Shown here: positions 19,276 to 29,514 of the stretch, one piece after another
Layout of the letters: every line of letters starts with the position of its first letter
Numbering within the stretch: position 1 is the stretch's first letter
From: an uncultured Bacillota bacterium
GTDB taxonomy: Bacteria > Bacillota_I > Bacilli_A > RF39 > UBA660
Assembly: GCA_946611635.1 (NCBI GenBank)
Contig: CAMODW010000005.1
Span: forward strand, 1-46,594
Reading direction: 5' to 3'
Length of the DNA: 46,594 nt
Notes under the pieces: model-generated
Told to the model about the DNA's origin: nothing
Seen by the model: only the letters and a program-made list of their open reading frames with translations
Database searches by the model: none
Position numbers and translations under genes: made by a program

Positions 19276-21189
19276 CTAAATATCTAGGTTCTTAACGAAT
19301 TGAGCATTACTTTCAATGAATTTTCTTCTTTCCTCAACATCGTCACCCATTAATTCTGAAAATACTTGATCTGCTAATCTAGCATCTTCAACTGTTATTT
19401 TTCTTAATACTCTTTTTTCAATATCCATTGTTGTTTCATTTAATTCTTCAGCATCCATTTCTCCAAGACCTTTCATACGAGCAATCTCAAATTTAACATT
19501 CTTTTCATTTAACATTGCTACATATTCATCTCTTTCAGCTTCATCTAGGACATACTTTCTATTTTTTCCATGAGTAATCCTAAATAAAGGTGGTTGGGCA
19601 GCAAATACATGTCCTGCTTCAACTATTGGTCTAAAGAATCTATAGAATAGTGTTAATAATAATACTCTAATATGAGCTCCATCTACATCGGCATCAGTCA
19701 TTATTATAATCTTGTCATATCTTAATTTATCTAGATTAAATTCATCACCTATACCAGTACCAAATGCTGTAATTATAGACTTAATTTCATCATTTCCCAA
19801 TGCTCTATCAAGTCTAGCTTTCTCAACATTTAATATTTTACCTCTCAAAGGTAATATAGCCTGAGTCATTGAATTACGACCTTTTTTAGCAGATCCACCA
19901 GCCGAATCTCCTTCGACAATAAATATTTCACATTCTGAAGGATCTTTAGAAGAACAATCTGTTAGTTTTCCATAGAAATTAGATACATCCAAATCCTTTT
20001 TTCTAACAGTTTCTCTTGCTTTTTTGGCTGCTAAGCGGGCATATGATGCTTGAACAGTTTTCTCAATAATTATCCTTGCTTCTTTTGGATTTTCCATTAA
20101 AAATCTTTCTAAACCTTCACTAAATACATCATCAGCTATTTTTCTAACTTCAGCATTACCTAGCTTAGTTTTAGTTTGACCTTCAAATTGTGGATCAGGA
20201 TGTTTGCAGCTTATAATCATTGTTAAACCTTCTCTAACATCATCACCAGTAAGAGCATCATCTTTTTCTTTTAACAACTTATTATTTCTTGCATAATTAT
20301 TTATAATTCTCGTAAGTGCTCTTTTAACCCCATCTTCATGGGTTCCACCTTCATAAGTGCTAATATTATTAGTAAAAGAATAAATTTGATTACTATAATC
20401 AGTACTATATTGAAAAGCAACCTCCATAGAAATACCATTTTCTTGACCTTCAACATAAACTATATCACTATGTAAAACATTTTTATTCTTATTTAACTTT
20501 TCAACAAACTCAATTATTCCACCATTATATAAGAATTCTTTTTTCTTCTCATTCTCTCTTAAATCAGTTAAACTTATTCTTAAACCTTTATTCAGGAAAG
20601 CTAATTCCTCTAATCTATTAGCTAAAGTATCAAAATTATAAACAGTAGTCTCTTTAAAAATCTCTGGATCAGCTTTAAATGACACTGTTGTTCCTGTTCT
20701 ATCAGGAGAACAATCTTCAATTACTTCGAGTTCACCTACAGGATGTCCACCATTTTCAAATCTTTGAAAATAAACATGTCCTTCCCTATAAACTCTAACC
20801 TCTAACCAAGTAGATAACGCATTTACTACAGATGCACCTACACCATGTAAGCCTCCAGATACCTTATATCCACCACCACCAAATTTACCACCTGCATGTA
20901 ATACAGTAAAAATGGTTTCAATTGTGGATAACCCTGTTTTTTGATTAATTCCTGTTGGCATTCCTCTACCATCATCTTTTACAGTAATAACATTATTCTT
21001 TTCTATTATTACTTCAATATCATCACAATACCCAGCCAAAGCTTCATCAACAGAATTATCAACAATTTCCCAAACTAAATGGTGTAAACCTCTTTCAGAA
21101 GTTGTTCCAATATACATTCCAGGTCTTTTTCTAACTGCTTCTAAACCTTCGAGAACTTGAATATCGCTATCACTATACTCTTCCTTCAT
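19276..21189 (-). CDS. gyrB: DNA gyrase subunit B
   Basis: [43 protein letters not shown]. Confidence 0.98.
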   Translation of the reverse strand: MKEEYSDSDIQVLEGLEAVRKRPGMYIGTTSERGLHHLVWEIVDNSVDEALAGYCDDIEVIIEKNNVITVKDDGRGMPTGINQKTGLSTIETIFTVLHAGGKFGGGGYKVSGGLHGVGASVVNALSTWLEVRVYREGHVYFQRFENGGHPVGELEVIEDCSPDRTGTTVSFKADPEIFKETTVYNFDTLANRLEELAFLNKGLRISLTDLRENEKKKEFLYNGGIIEFVEKLNKNKNVLHSDIVYVEGQENGISMEVAFQYSTDYSNQIYSFTNNISTYEGGTHEDGVKRALTRIINNYARNNKLLKEKDDALTGDDVREGLTMIISCKHPDPQFEGQTKTKLGNAEVRKIADDVFSEGLERFLMENPKEARIIIEKTVQASYARLAAKKARETVRKKDLDVSNFYGKLTDCSSKDPSECEIFIVEGDSAGGSAKKGRNSMTQAILPLRGKILNVEKARLDRALGNDEIKSIITAFGTGIGDEFNLDKLRYDKIIIMTDADVDGAHIRVLLLTLFYRFFRPIVEAGHVFAAQPPLFRITHGKNRKYVLDEAERDEYVAMLNEKNVKFEIARMKGLGEMDAEELNETTMDIEKRVLRKITVEDARLADQVFSELMGDDVEERRKFIESNAQFVKNLDI

Positions 21190-22279
21190 TCTTATTAACC
21201 TCCCTTATTTTTCCATCAATAACTTCAAATAATTTACTTTTATCAACAATGTGTTTATTAACTTTATCTATTTCTGTTGTAGTAATAAAAGTTTGAACAC
21301 CATCATTAATAATATCTAAAATATTATCAATTTTAGACTTGTCTAGCTCACTAAATAGATCATCTAATATAAAAATAGGATAAGACCCCAATTTCTTCTT
21401 AAATAATCTTAAAACAGCAAATTTATATGCTATAACAGCATTCTTTTGTTGGCCTTCAGATCCATAATCCTTTATAACCTTATCACCAAATTTAAATATA
21501 ATATCATCATGATGAATCCCAATAGTAGTTTTACCAAACATAATATCTTTTTCTCTTATATTTAGATACTTACTTTTTACATCTTCCTTACTTAAATCAT
21601 TAAAATCAGAAATATAATTAATAATTAATCCATCTACACCAGTTATATTCTTATATAATTCACTGATATTATCATTAATCAAGTCAATAAATTCTTTTCT
21701 AGATTTATATATTTTAATCCCATAATCTATTAGATTATCTGTTAAAACATCTAAATAATCACTAGACTTATTACTATTAAAATACATAGACTTTAAATAC
21801 ATATTTCTTTGTTTTAAAACCTTATTATAATTATTTAAGTTTTTTAAATAAGAATTATTAAACTGAGAAATATCTAAATTAAGATTCTTTCTTCTTGTAC
21901 TTGGAGTATCTTTTATTATTCTTAAATCATCAGGGTTAAATAAAACAACTCTAATTTTAGATATATAATCACTTAGTTTGCTTATACTAGTATCATTTAT
22001 TTTTACTTTTTTACCATTTTCCTTAATAATTATTTTATAATCATCTGTATATCTATCTTCTACTTTCCCTTCAATTCTAGTAAAATCTTTATTATTCATT
22101 ATTAATACTTTATCATTAGATCCTCTAAAAGATTTAGTTAAAGCAAGAACATAAATACTTTCAACAATATTAGTTTTTCCTTCACCATTATTACCATATA
22201 TAATGTTATAATTATCAAAGTCAATTTCTAATTTGTTATAATTTCTAAAATTTATTAATTTCAAATGGTGTATTTTCAT
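21173..22279 (-). CDS. recF: RecF (start trimmed to MKIHHL)
   Basis: [31 protein letters not shown]; GAGGT RBS. Confidence 0.95.
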   Translation of the reverse strand: MKIHHLKLINFRNYNKLEIDFDNYNIIYGNNGEGKTNIVESIYVLALTKSFRGSNDKVLIMNNKDFTRIEGKVEDRYTDDYKIIIKENGKKVKINDTSISKLSDYISKIRVVLFNPDDLRIIKDTPSTRRKNLNLDISQFNNSYLKNLNNYNKVLKQRNMYLKSMYFNSNKSSDYLDVLTDNLIDYGIKIYKSRKEFIDLINDNISELYKNITGVDGLIINYISDFNDLSKEDVKSKYLNIREKDIMFGKTTIGIHHDDIIFKFGDKVIKDYGSEGQQKNAVIAYKFAVLRLFKKKLGSYPIFILDDLFSELDKSKIDNILDIINDGVQTFITTTEIDKVNKHIVDKSKLFEVIDGKIREVNKNEGRV

Positions 22280-22356
22280 AAATAACCTCTTTTTTAACCC
22301 ATATTTTAAAAAAAAGTATATACAGGTACTCCTATACATACTAATAATTATAGCAC

Positions 22357-22384
22357 AAAAAAAGCTATTTTAATAGCTTTTTTC
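22357..22384. terminator. Terminator after comK
   Basis: AAAAAAGCTATT/AATAGCTTTTTT inverted repeat. Confidence 0.7.
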
Positions 22385-22395
22385 ATGTTTTATAC

Positions 22396-22848
22396 CTATT
22401 TTTCACCATTTTTTCTTACATCTAAAACATCTTTTAATCTAGAGCACCTATATAGTTGATTATCTATTATAGCAGTAGATGCATTAATAACTACTTTTTT
22501 ACCATTTTTAAACTCAATAATAGTCTTATCTTTAAACTTATCAGGTCTATAAATATGTTTATAAGACAACCAACTACACTTTTCATTTTTTGGCGATAAT
22601 GTTGGAAAGAATATAATATCTCTAGATTCTTCAACTATTACAGGCACCTTATGAGTGTAACCTATTAGTTTAGAAGTACCATTTTGTCTCCCTTCAAAAG
22701 AACTACCAAAATACTCACAACTTTCTTCCATAATCTTTAATGGTGTTTCATTTACAATAAATGAATCTTCTGTTTCATAAACAATAGTTTTATCATCATC
22801 CTTAGGCACTAAAGCTATAGTATCTCTGTTTATTTCATATGATTCCAT
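22396..22848 (-). CDS. comK: ComK-family competence transcription factor
   Basis: YEIN..T.AL.P, P.KIME.SC.YFGSS.EGR, HKVPV, IFFPT.SP...CSW are the characteristic ComK family motifs; GGGAGG RBS. Confidence 0.85.
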   Translation of the reverse strand: MESYEINRDTIALVPKDDDKTIVYETEDSFIVNETPLKIMEESCEYFGSSFEGRQNGTSKLIGYTHKVPVIVEESRDIIFFPTLSPKNEKCSWLSYKHIYRPDKFKDKTIIEFKNGKKVVINASTAIIDNQLYRCSRLKDVLDVRKNGEK

Positions 22849-22897
22849 TATCAAAACCTCCCCTCTTTAAAATTTTTTCTCTTATACCATTTAAAAT

Positions 22898-22914
22898 TGT
22901 CGTTTTTTGTCGAA
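22898..22914. promoter_or_regulatory. Tandem Spo0A-box-like sites upstream of comK
   Basis: TGTCGAA (22908-22914) and TGTCGTT (22898-22904), 10 bp apart, upstream of a TGnTATAAG extended -10 on the - strand. Confidence 0.5.
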
Positions 22915-22966
22915 TTTTAATTTTTTATAAAAAAAAAACAACTTTTTGTTGTTTATAAGTTGTTTT

Positions 22967-22975
22967 TTATCCACA
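22967..22975 (+). promoter_or_regulatory. Perfect DnaA box just downstream of dnaN
   Basis: TTATCCACA abutting the dnaN stop and the AAAAAACAACTT/AAGTTGTTTTTT terminator-like hairpin (22933-22968). Confidence 0.65.
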
Positions 22976-22976
22976 A

Positions 22977-24095
22977 TTAATAAGTTTTAATAGGTAAAAT
23001 TAATTGAATTAAAGATTCATCAGTAACTGACTTAATAACAATCGGCTTAACTTCCCCATTTAATAATATTAATATTTCTTCATCTTTCATAGTTTTTAAA
23101 GCATCTAACATATATTTAGCACTAAAAGATATATCAATATTAGCATCATTACTCGTTTCAATTTCTAATTTTTCTTCTACCTTACCTATTTCTGAAGCAT
23201 AAGAATTAATAACCATTTGACTATCTTTAACCTTCATTTTTACTATATTTTTATCTTTTCCTTGTGTTAATAAAGCTGCTCTATCTATAGCACTATAATA
23301 ATCTGCTAATTTAGTATTAATAATAATTGAAAAATCTGTAGGAATTAAATTAGTAGTATTTGGATAAGTTCCAGACAATAGATTACTTTGAAAAATTAAA
23401 TTTTTATATTTAAATAAAATCTTATTACTAAATACATGCATTTCAACATTTTCATCATCTACTATTATTTTATCTAATTCGATAATATTTTTACCAGGTA
23501 TTACTATATTTATCTCCTCTTTAGTAGGTTCTTCTAAATTGATAATTTTTTTAGCTAATCTATAAGAATCTGTTGCAATACACTCAAACACATCCCCTAT
23601 TATTTTAAAGTTTAATCCAGTTAACAATGGTCTTAATTCTTGAGTAGAAATTGCAAAAGATGTTTGATTTATAATACTTTTAAAAATACTACCTTTTATA
23701 ACTATAGGATCTTCTTTCTCTTCTAATTTTAAACTAGGATATTCTTTAGGATCTAAGCAATTTAAATCATATTGACTATTATCAGAAGATATTCTTATTT
23801 TTAACCCATCCATTAATTCAAAATTAATTAAATCAGAAGGAAGTTTTCTTATAATATCTAATAAAAACTTACTTTGTATAATAATAGAACCAGTATTCTC
23901 TACTTTATTTATAGATTCATTAGGAATAAAACTTCTAATAGTTAATTCTGAATCACTAGCTGTTAAATATAAACCTTCTTCATTTAATTCAAATTTAATT
24001 CCATTTAATATAGGAATAATATTCTTAGCAGATATTGCTTTAACAACATTAGCTAAGTTCTCAACTATAACATTTTTTTCAATTGTAAATTTCAT
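22977..24095 (-). CDS. dnaN: DNA polymerase III beta clamp
   Basis: IPILNGIK, LTASDSEL, RPLLTG, ATDSYRLA, GTYPN, LILPIKTY. Confidence 0.97.
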   Translation of the reverse strand: MKFTIEKNVIVENLANVVKAISAKNIIPILNGIKFELNEEGLYLTASDSELTIRSFIPNESINKVENTGSIIIQSKFLLDIIRKLPSDLINFELMDGLKIRISSDNSQYDLNCLDPKEYPSLKLEEKEDPIVIKGSIFKSIINQTSFAISTQELRPLLTGLNFKIIGDVFECIATDSYRLAKKIINLEEPTKEEINIVIPGKNIIELDKIIVDDENVEMHVFSNKILFKYKNLIFQSNLLSGTYPNTTNLIPTDFSIIINTKLADYYSAIDRAALLTQGKDKNIVKMKVKDSQMVINSYASEIGKVEEKLEIETSNDANIDISFSAKYMLDALKTMKDEEILILLNGEVKPIVIKSVTDESLIQLILPIKTY

Positions 24096-24250
24096 CTTAT
24101 CTCTTCTTTCTTTTATTATTATTTTTATATTAATTATTAATATTATAAAGTTAATAATGTGAATAACTTTATTCTTATCAACAATTTACTATATTATGTA
24201 ACTATTTTGTATTGTTTATAACATGTTAATTATTAACAACTTATCAACTT
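24096..24250. other. oriC: oriC downstream part (incC-like): DnaA boxes plus AT-rich unwinding element
   Basis: TGTGAATAA 24158-24166, TTATCAACA 24175-24183, degenerate boxes at 24213, 24230 and 24241; nearly pure A/T tract with TAT/AAT trio-like repeats between the last box and dnaN. Confidence 0.85.
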
Positions 24251-25621
24251 CTAAAGCTTAGCTTTAATTTCATTTATTATATCTTTTAATTCAGAGTTAA
24301 TCTTTATATCCTCTTCAATTTTATCACAAGCATGTATTACAGTAGAATGATCTCTTCCTCCAAATTCCATACCTATTCTCGGAAAAGACTCGTCTGTAAG
24401 CATTCTACAAAGATACATAGCTACCATCCTTGGATAAGCAATACTAGCACTTCTCTTCTTACCTTTTAATACTTCTACTGTTAACTTATAATAATCAGCC
24501 ACGACCTTTTGAATATTAGAAATATCACTCTTACTATAAGGATCTCTGGTTATATAATCCTTTAAAGCTTCATTAGCAAATTTTAAATCTATTTTTTCAG
24601 GTACACACATAGCTGTATAAGCTACTAATCTATTTATAGCACCTTCTAAACTCCTAACATCAGTATCAAAATTATTTGCTATAAATTCTATTCCTTCATC
24701 AGTCATTTTATCTTTAATTGATAGATTTTGTATTTTTTCTTTAACTATCCTACATCTAAGTTCAAAATCAGGTGGATAAATATCTACAGGGAGTCCCCAA
24801 GCAAACCTACTTCTAAGCCTTTCTTCTAATAGTTTTAAGTCCTCAGGTGATCTATCAGAACTAATAATAATTTGTTTATTTTTTCCATGCAAATCATTAA
24901 ATATATGAAAGAATTCGTCTTGTGTCTTCTCCGCACCTACTAAAAATTGAATATCATCAATAATTAAAACATCAATATTTCTATATTTATTCTTAAAATT
25001 ATTACTATTATCTACTTTATTATTACTACTAACTAGATTAAAATAATCTTTTCTAAAATCATCACTAGTTGTATATAATACTTTTAATTTAGGATTATTA
25101 TCAACTATATAATTACCAATTGCATGCATTAAATGTGTCTTTCCTAGACCACTTTTTCCATATATAAATAAAGGATTATATTGTAACCCAGGATTCTTCG
25201 CTACTGCTAAAGCTGCAGTATTTGCAAATTTATTAGTATCCCCTACTACAAAATTATCAAATTTAAGTGTTTGATTTAGATTAGATTCAAAGAATAACAT
25301 ATTGTTGATATCATCAAAGTTATTAACAATTTCATTTTCAAAAGCTTTTTCAGGGCTTTTTACTTTAACTTCATCTTCTAAAACACAATCAATTTCTCTA
25401 TTTATTCCAGTAATTTTTGCAAAGGCATCACTAATTATCCCGTAATAATTAGTTAAAATCATCTTTTTATGTAAAGGCATAGGTACAAGTAAAATTATTT
25501 TATCATCTGTTATTTCATACAAACTAGTTTTACCAAACCATAGATTAAAAGTGACTTCTTGAAAGCTATTATGCATTATTTCAAGAAAATCTGACCATAC
25601 TTCATCTTTATTCAACACCAT
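24251..25621 (-). CDS. dnaA: Chromosomal replication initiator (start ambiguous, 25621 or nearby)
   Basis: FDNFVVG, YNPLFIYGKSGLGKTHLMHAIGN, IDDIQF, RLRSRF, FGGRDHSTVIHA. Confidence 0.98.
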   Translation of the reverse strand: MVLNKDEVWSDFLEIMHNSFQEVTFNLWFGKTSLYEITDDKIILLVPMPLHKKMILTNYYGIISDAFAKITGINREIDCVLEDEVKVKSPEKAFENEIVNNFDDINNMLFFESNLNQTLKFDNFVVGDTNKFANTAALAVAKNPGLQYNPLFIYGKSGLGKTHLMHAIGNYIVDNNPKLKVLYTTSDDFRKDYFNLVSSNNKVDNSNNFKNKYRNIDVLIIDDIQFLVGAEKTQDEFFHIFNDLHGKNKQIIISSDRSPEDLKLLEERLRSRFAWGLPVDIYPPDFELRCRIVKEKIQNLSIKDKMTDEGIEFIANNFDTDVRSLEGAINRLVAYTAMCVPEKIDLKFANEALKDYITRDPYSKSDISNIQKVVADYYKLTVEVLKGKKRSASIAYPRMVAMYLCRMLTDESFPRIGMEFGGRDHSTVIHACDKIEEDIKINSELKDIINEIKAKL

Positions 25622-25636
25622 CACCCACCTTTGCAT

Positions 25637-25860
25637 TAGTAAAAATATTTTAACTCATCCTGTGGAAAAATAAAAGAATATTTTATTACTTTTAAAATTA
25701 TAAACATGTTATAAACTTTTTTATTCACAATTAACTATCCTATTTATAATATTTATAAAAACTTATTAACATTATCAACAAACATAGTATAAACATAATA
25801 AATAAGTTATCAACTTATCAACATTTTTTTGTGGATAAGTATTTAAAAGTAGATATTTCT
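25637..25860. other. oriC: oriC upstream part (incAB-like) DnaA-box array
   Basis: TGTGGAAAA 25661, TTATTCACA 25721, TTATCAACA 25772 and 25815, TGTGGATAA 25830, plus degenerate copies; gene orientation and purine skew switch here. Confidence 0.88.
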
Positions 25861-25923
25861 TGACTTTTTAAAATAACTAATATTATAATAAGGAAGCTTA
25901 TTTGAGATGTGGAGGTGTAATAT

Positions 25924-26049
25924 ATGAAAAGAACTTATCAACCAAATAATAGAAGAAGAGCAAAAAAACATGGTTTCTTTGCTAGAAAAGAATCTAATAT
26001 TTTAAATTCAAGAAGAAAAAAAGGACGTAAGAAAATAGTCGTAAAATAA
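25924..26049 (+). CDS. rpmH: 50S ribosomal protein L34 (not in ORF track)
   Basis: Manual translation MKRTYQPNNRRRAKKHGFFARKESNILNSRRKKGRKKIVVK; GGAGGTG RBS; TTGACT/TATAAT promoter at 25860-25889. Confidence 0.96.
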   Translation: MKRTYQPNNRRRAKKHGFFARKESNILNSRRKKGRKKIVVK

Positions 26050-26070
26050 GCCACATAATTGTGGTTTTTT
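26048..26070 (+). terminator. Terminator/attenuator between rpmH and rnpA
   Basis: AAGCCACA/TGTGGTTT stem followed by a T-run. Confidence 0.65.
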
Positions 26071-26102
26071 ATGTATAAAAATAAAAAGGATGGTTAAATA
26101 AA

Positions 26103-26429
26103 TTGAAAAGATACGAGATGATAAAGGATCAGAATATCTTTAATAGATTAATAACTAAAGGAAAGTATAAAAAGAATAATTGTTTTGTTATATATAAAGA
26201 CCATATTGAAGAAAATTTAACTAATTTTGGTATTGCCATTAGTAAGAAATATGGAAAAGCTGTAGAAAGAAACCATATTAAGAGAATAGTAAGAAATATA
26301 ATTGATAAAAATAGAAATTTATTCCAAAAAAATTACAATTATATTATAATGGTAAGGAAGGACTGCAAAAATAAGACATTTAACGAATTAAATGACTCAA
26401 TGACAGCAGTATTAAAGGAATTATGGTGA
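26103..26429 (+). CDS. rnpA: RNase P protein component
   Basis: FGIAISKKYGKAVERNHIKR (RNR motif); rpmH-rnpA-yidC synteny. Confidence 0.94.
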   Translation: MKRYEMIKDQNIFNRLITKGKYKKNNCFVIYKDHIEENLTNFGIAISKKYGKAVERNHIKRIVRNIIDKNRNLFQKNYNYIIMVRKDCKNKTFNELNDSMTAVLKELW

Positions 26430-26431
26430 TT

Positions 26432-27373
26432 ATGAAGAAAAGAACAAAAATAATTGTCCTGTTGATATCTTTAATGTTATTAACAGGGTGCACGAAAACA
26501 TTAAGAGTTAAAGATAAGATAATTAAGTATGATAAAACTGGTCAAACATTAACTTCAAATATATTATGTCAACCAGAAGAGGAAGAATTAAAAGAATTAT
26601 ATACAAAATATGATAAATACCTACAAGTTAAAATGGATAATTTACCAACTTGTAAGAAATTTACCCCTAATATGATTAAATATAAAAGCTTATGGGAATC
26701 ATTATTTGTTAAGCCTCTTGGTTATCTAATATTAAAATTTGGTTATTTAATTAATAATATGGCTATATCAGTAATGGTAATTGGTTTATTAATAAGAATA
26801 ATCTTAATACCTATACAAAATCAAAGTATTAAACAATCTGAAAGTATGAAAAAAATTCAACCTGAATTAATGAAGATTGAAAAAAAGTATGCAAATAGAG
26901 ACGATAACGAAGCATTGATGGCTAAAAGTCAAGAAACAATGTTACTTTATAAAAAATATGGAGTAAATCCAGTATCTGGATGTTTATTAGCTTTTATTCA
27001 ATTGCCTTTATTCTTTGCTTTTCTAGAAGCAATTAATAGAATACCAGCAATATTTGAAGGATCATTTTTAGGAATGAATTTAGGAATGACACCTTCAACT
27101 GGAATAGCTCAAAAGAAATATATATATATAGTATTAGTAATATTGATAATATTAACTACTTATATGTCTTTTAAAAAATCTATGTCATCTCAAAATGGAC
27201 AACCACCTGAAATGCGACAACAAATGAAAATGATGTTTGTATTCATGATAGTAATGATATCATTTGCATCATTAAGTTTACCTACTGCAATAGCATTATA
27301 TTGGATTGCAACAAATGGATTTGCTGTTATTCAAAGCATAATCGTCGGAAGAAAGATTGAAAGGAAAGATTAA
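26432..27373 (+). CDS. yidC: Membrane protein insertase YidC/SpoIIIJ (lipoprotein)
   Basis: Lipobox LLTGC, IRIILIP, KIQPEL, YKKYGVNPVSGCL, IQLP, ALYW. Confidence 0.94.
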   Translation: MKKRTKIIVLLISLMLLTGCTKTLRVKDKIIKYDKTGQTLTSNILCQPEEEELKELYTKYDKYLQVKMDNLPTCKKFTPNMIKYKSLWESLFVKPLGYLILKFGYLINNMAISVMVIGLLIRIILIPIQNQSIKQSESMKKIQPELMKIEKKYANRDDNEALMAKSQETMLLYKKYGVNPVSGCLLAFIQLPLFFAFLEAINRIPAIFEGSFLGMNLGMTPSTGIAQKKYIYIVLVILIILTTYMSFKKSMSSQNGQPPEMRQQMKMMFVFMIVMISFASLSLPTAIALYWIATNGFAVIQSIIVGRKIERKD

Positions 27374-27374
27374 T

Positions 27375-28013
27375 ATGAGTTTAAAAGTAACTAAAGTTGA
27401 AGCAAAAACAAAAGAAGATGCATTAAATAAAGCTTTAGAAGAATTATCTATAACAGAAGAAGAAATAATATATAAATCAGAAGAAAAAAAAGGGAAGCTA
27501 TTTAAAGCAGGATCTTGTATACTAACAATAGCTACTATAAAGGATATAGCTAATTATTTAAAAGAGAATCTTAAAGAAATAGTAACTAATATGGGTGTTG
27601 ATGTTAATATTGAAGTTAGTATTAGAGAACAACAAATTACTTTAAAGATGTATTCTGATAAGAATAACATATTAATAGGAAAAAATGGTCAAACATTAGT
27701 AGCGCTAACTAATATATTAAAACAAATGATATATAATGAATTAGGTAAATATCCATATTTATTATTAGATGTTGAAAATTATAAAGAAAAGAAAATATCA
27801 AATATAGAAAGAACTGCTAAAAGAGTTGCTCGTGAAGTGGCTAAGACAAAAATAGATGCTGCTTTAGAAAATATGAACTCATATAATAGAAGAATAATTC
27901 ATAATGTCTTAACCAATTATAAAAACATAGTTACTGTAAGTGAGGGAGAAGAACCAAATAGACACGTAGTAATAAAATATGTTGAGAGTAAAGAAGATAA
28001 TAAATCAGAATAA
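27375..28013 (+). CDS. jag: Jag/EloR/KhpB RNA-binding protein (Jag_N, KH, R3H)
   Basis: LIGKNGQTL, LDVENY, MNSYNRRIIH, SEGEEPNRHVVI; start trimmed to MSLK. Confidence 0.94.
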   Translation: MSLKVTKVEAKTKEDALNKALEELSITEEEIIYKSEEKKGKLFKAGSCILTIATIKDIANYLKENLKEIVTNMGVDVNIEVSIREQQITLKMYSDKNNILIGKNGQTLVALTNILKQMIYNELGKYPYLLLDVENYKEKKISNIERTAKRVAREVAKTKIDAALENMNSYNRRIIHNVLTNYKNIVTVSEGEEPNRHVVIKYVESKEDNKSE

Positions 28014-28019
28014 AAAAAT

Positions 28020-28033
28020 ATTTCCCGGGAAAT
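28020..28033. promoter_or_regulatory. Noc-binding site that may double as the jag terminator
   Basis: Exact ATTTCCCGGGAAAT flanked by A7 and T9 tracts right after the jag stop. Confidence 0.85.
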
Positions 28034-28067
28034 ATTTTTTTTTGAAATAATAATAAATAAAAAAATT

Positions 28068-28081
28068 ATTTCCCGGGAAAT
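28068..28081. promoter_or_regulatory. Noc-binding site overlapping the -35 position of the mnmE promoter
   Basis: Exact ATTTCCCGGGAAAT; extended -10 TGCTATAAT at 28089-28097. Confidence 0.85.
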
Positions 28082-28121
28082 ATTTTTATGCTATAATACC
28101 ACCGAATGGAGATGAATTATT

Positions 28122-29477
28122 ATGAATGATACTATTTGTGCTATTTCAACTAGTCAAGGAGTAGGAGCTATAGCTATTATCAGAGTAAGTGGCCAAGAAT
28201 CAATAAATATAGTTAATAGTATATTTAAAGGAAAAGATTTAACAAAAGTAAAGTCCCATAGTATAAACTATGGTTACATAGTAGATAAAGATAAAGAAAT
28301 AGATGAAGTATTAGTATCAGTAATGAAATCTCCTAAAACATTTACTACAGAAGATACAGTTGAAATAAATACACATGGTGGAATTGCTCCAACTAATAAA
28401 GTATTAGAACTATTATTAACTAATGGATGTAGACTAGCTGAACCAGGAGAATTTACTAAAAGAGCATTTTTAAATGGTAGAATTGATCTATTAGAAGCAG
28501 AAGCAGTAATGGATAAAATAAATGCTCAAACAGAAAAACAAAACCAATTAGCTAATAATCAACTAAATGGAAAAGTATCAAAACTTATAGATGAATTAAG
28601 AAATGATATGATACAAATAATATCAAATATTAACGTTAATATTGATTTTCCTGAATATGACGACGTTGATATTATAACTAATGAAATCCTAGTTCCTAAG
28701 ATTAATAACTTAAAAGAGAAAATTAAAAAAATAATAGAAGAGAGTAAAAACGGAGAAATAATAAAAAATGGAATAGTAACTGCAATAATAGGAGAACCTA
28801 ATGTCGGAAAAAGTAGCTTATTAAATACTTTATTAAACGAGGAAAAAGCTATAGTTACTGATATAGCAGGCACAACAAGAGATATAGTAGAAGGTCAAAT
28901 AAGTATAAATGGTATACCATTAAATATTATAGATACTGCTGGAATTAGAAAAACTGATAATATAATAGAATCAATAGGGGTAGAAAAGAGTAAAGATATG
29001 ATAAAGAAAGCTGATTTAGTCCTTCTAGTACTTAATAATAATGAAGCATTGACTGAAGAAATAAAAAAGCTTTATTCATCAATTAAAGAAAAAAATTTCA
29101 TAATTATAGTTAATAAAATAGACTTAGAAAATAAGATAGATTTAAACTATTTCCCAAGCGATAAAATAATAAAAATGTCTATAAAAAATAAACAAGGTGT
29201 TGATAAATTGAAAGATAAAATAATAGAACTATTCAATTTATCTAAAATAGAGACAGAAGATCCGACATATTTAAGCAATACAAGAAGTATTGCAATATTA
29301 AAGAATTGTTTAAAGAGTATTGAAGACATTGAAAAAAGTATAAAGAATAATATACCTATAGATATGTTAGAAATAGATATCAAAAATATCTGGGAAGAAT
29401 TAGGGAAAATAAATGGGAAATACTATGATGAGGAATTATTAGATGAAATGTTTAGTAGATTTTGTTTAGGTAAATAA
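28122..29477 (+). CDS. mnmE: tRNA modification GTPase MnmE
   Basis: DTICAIST, AEPGEFTKRAFLNG, GEPNVGKSS, GTTRD, DTAG, FCLGK. Confidence 0.98.
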   Translation: MNDTICAISTSQGVGAIAIIRVSGQESINIVNSIFKGKDLTKVKSHSINYGYIVDKDKEIDEVLVSVMKSPKTFTTEDTVEINTHGGIAPTNKVLELLLTNGCRLAEPGEFTKRAFLNGRIDLLEAEAVMDKINAQTEKQNQLANNQLNGKVSKLIDELRNDMIQIISNINVNIDFPEYDDVDIITNEILVPKINNLKEKIKKIIEESKNGEIIKNGIVTAIIGEPNVGKSSLLNTLLNEEKAIVTDIAGTTRDIVEGQISINGIPLNIIDTAGIRKTDNIIESIGVEKSKDMIKKADLVLLVLNNNEALTEEIKKLYSSIKEKNFIIIVNKIDLENKIDLNYFPSDKIIKMSIKNKQGVDKLKDKIIELFNLSKIETEDPTYLSNTRSIAILKNCLKSIEDIEKSIKNNIPIDMLEIDIKNIWEELGKINGKYYDEELLDEMFSRFCLGK

Positions 29478-29480
29478 AAT

Positions 29481-29494
29481 ATTTCCCGGGAAAT
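29481..29494. promoter_or_regulatory. Noc-binding site after mnmE
   Basis: Exact ATTTCCCGGGAAAT within AATATTTCCCGGGAAATATT. Confidence 0.85.
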
Positions 29495-29514
29495 ATTATT
29501 AAGAAGGAATAAAA

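Noticed and set aside
20923-20931. Perfect DnaA box within gyrB
   Set aside because: Real match, but isolated and in a conserved coding region; not distinguishable from chance on its own.
22935-22947. ComK AT-box (AAAA-N5-TTTT) upstream of comK suggesting autoregulation
   Set aside because: Only one clean box, it lies within the dnaN terminator hairpin, and such motifs are frequent by chance at this AT content.
28020-29494. ATTTCCCGGGAAAT repeats as IS ends, REP elements or CRISPR repeats
   Set aside because: No transposase or cas gene, no regular spacers, and an exact match to the Noc-binding consensus with noc nearby.
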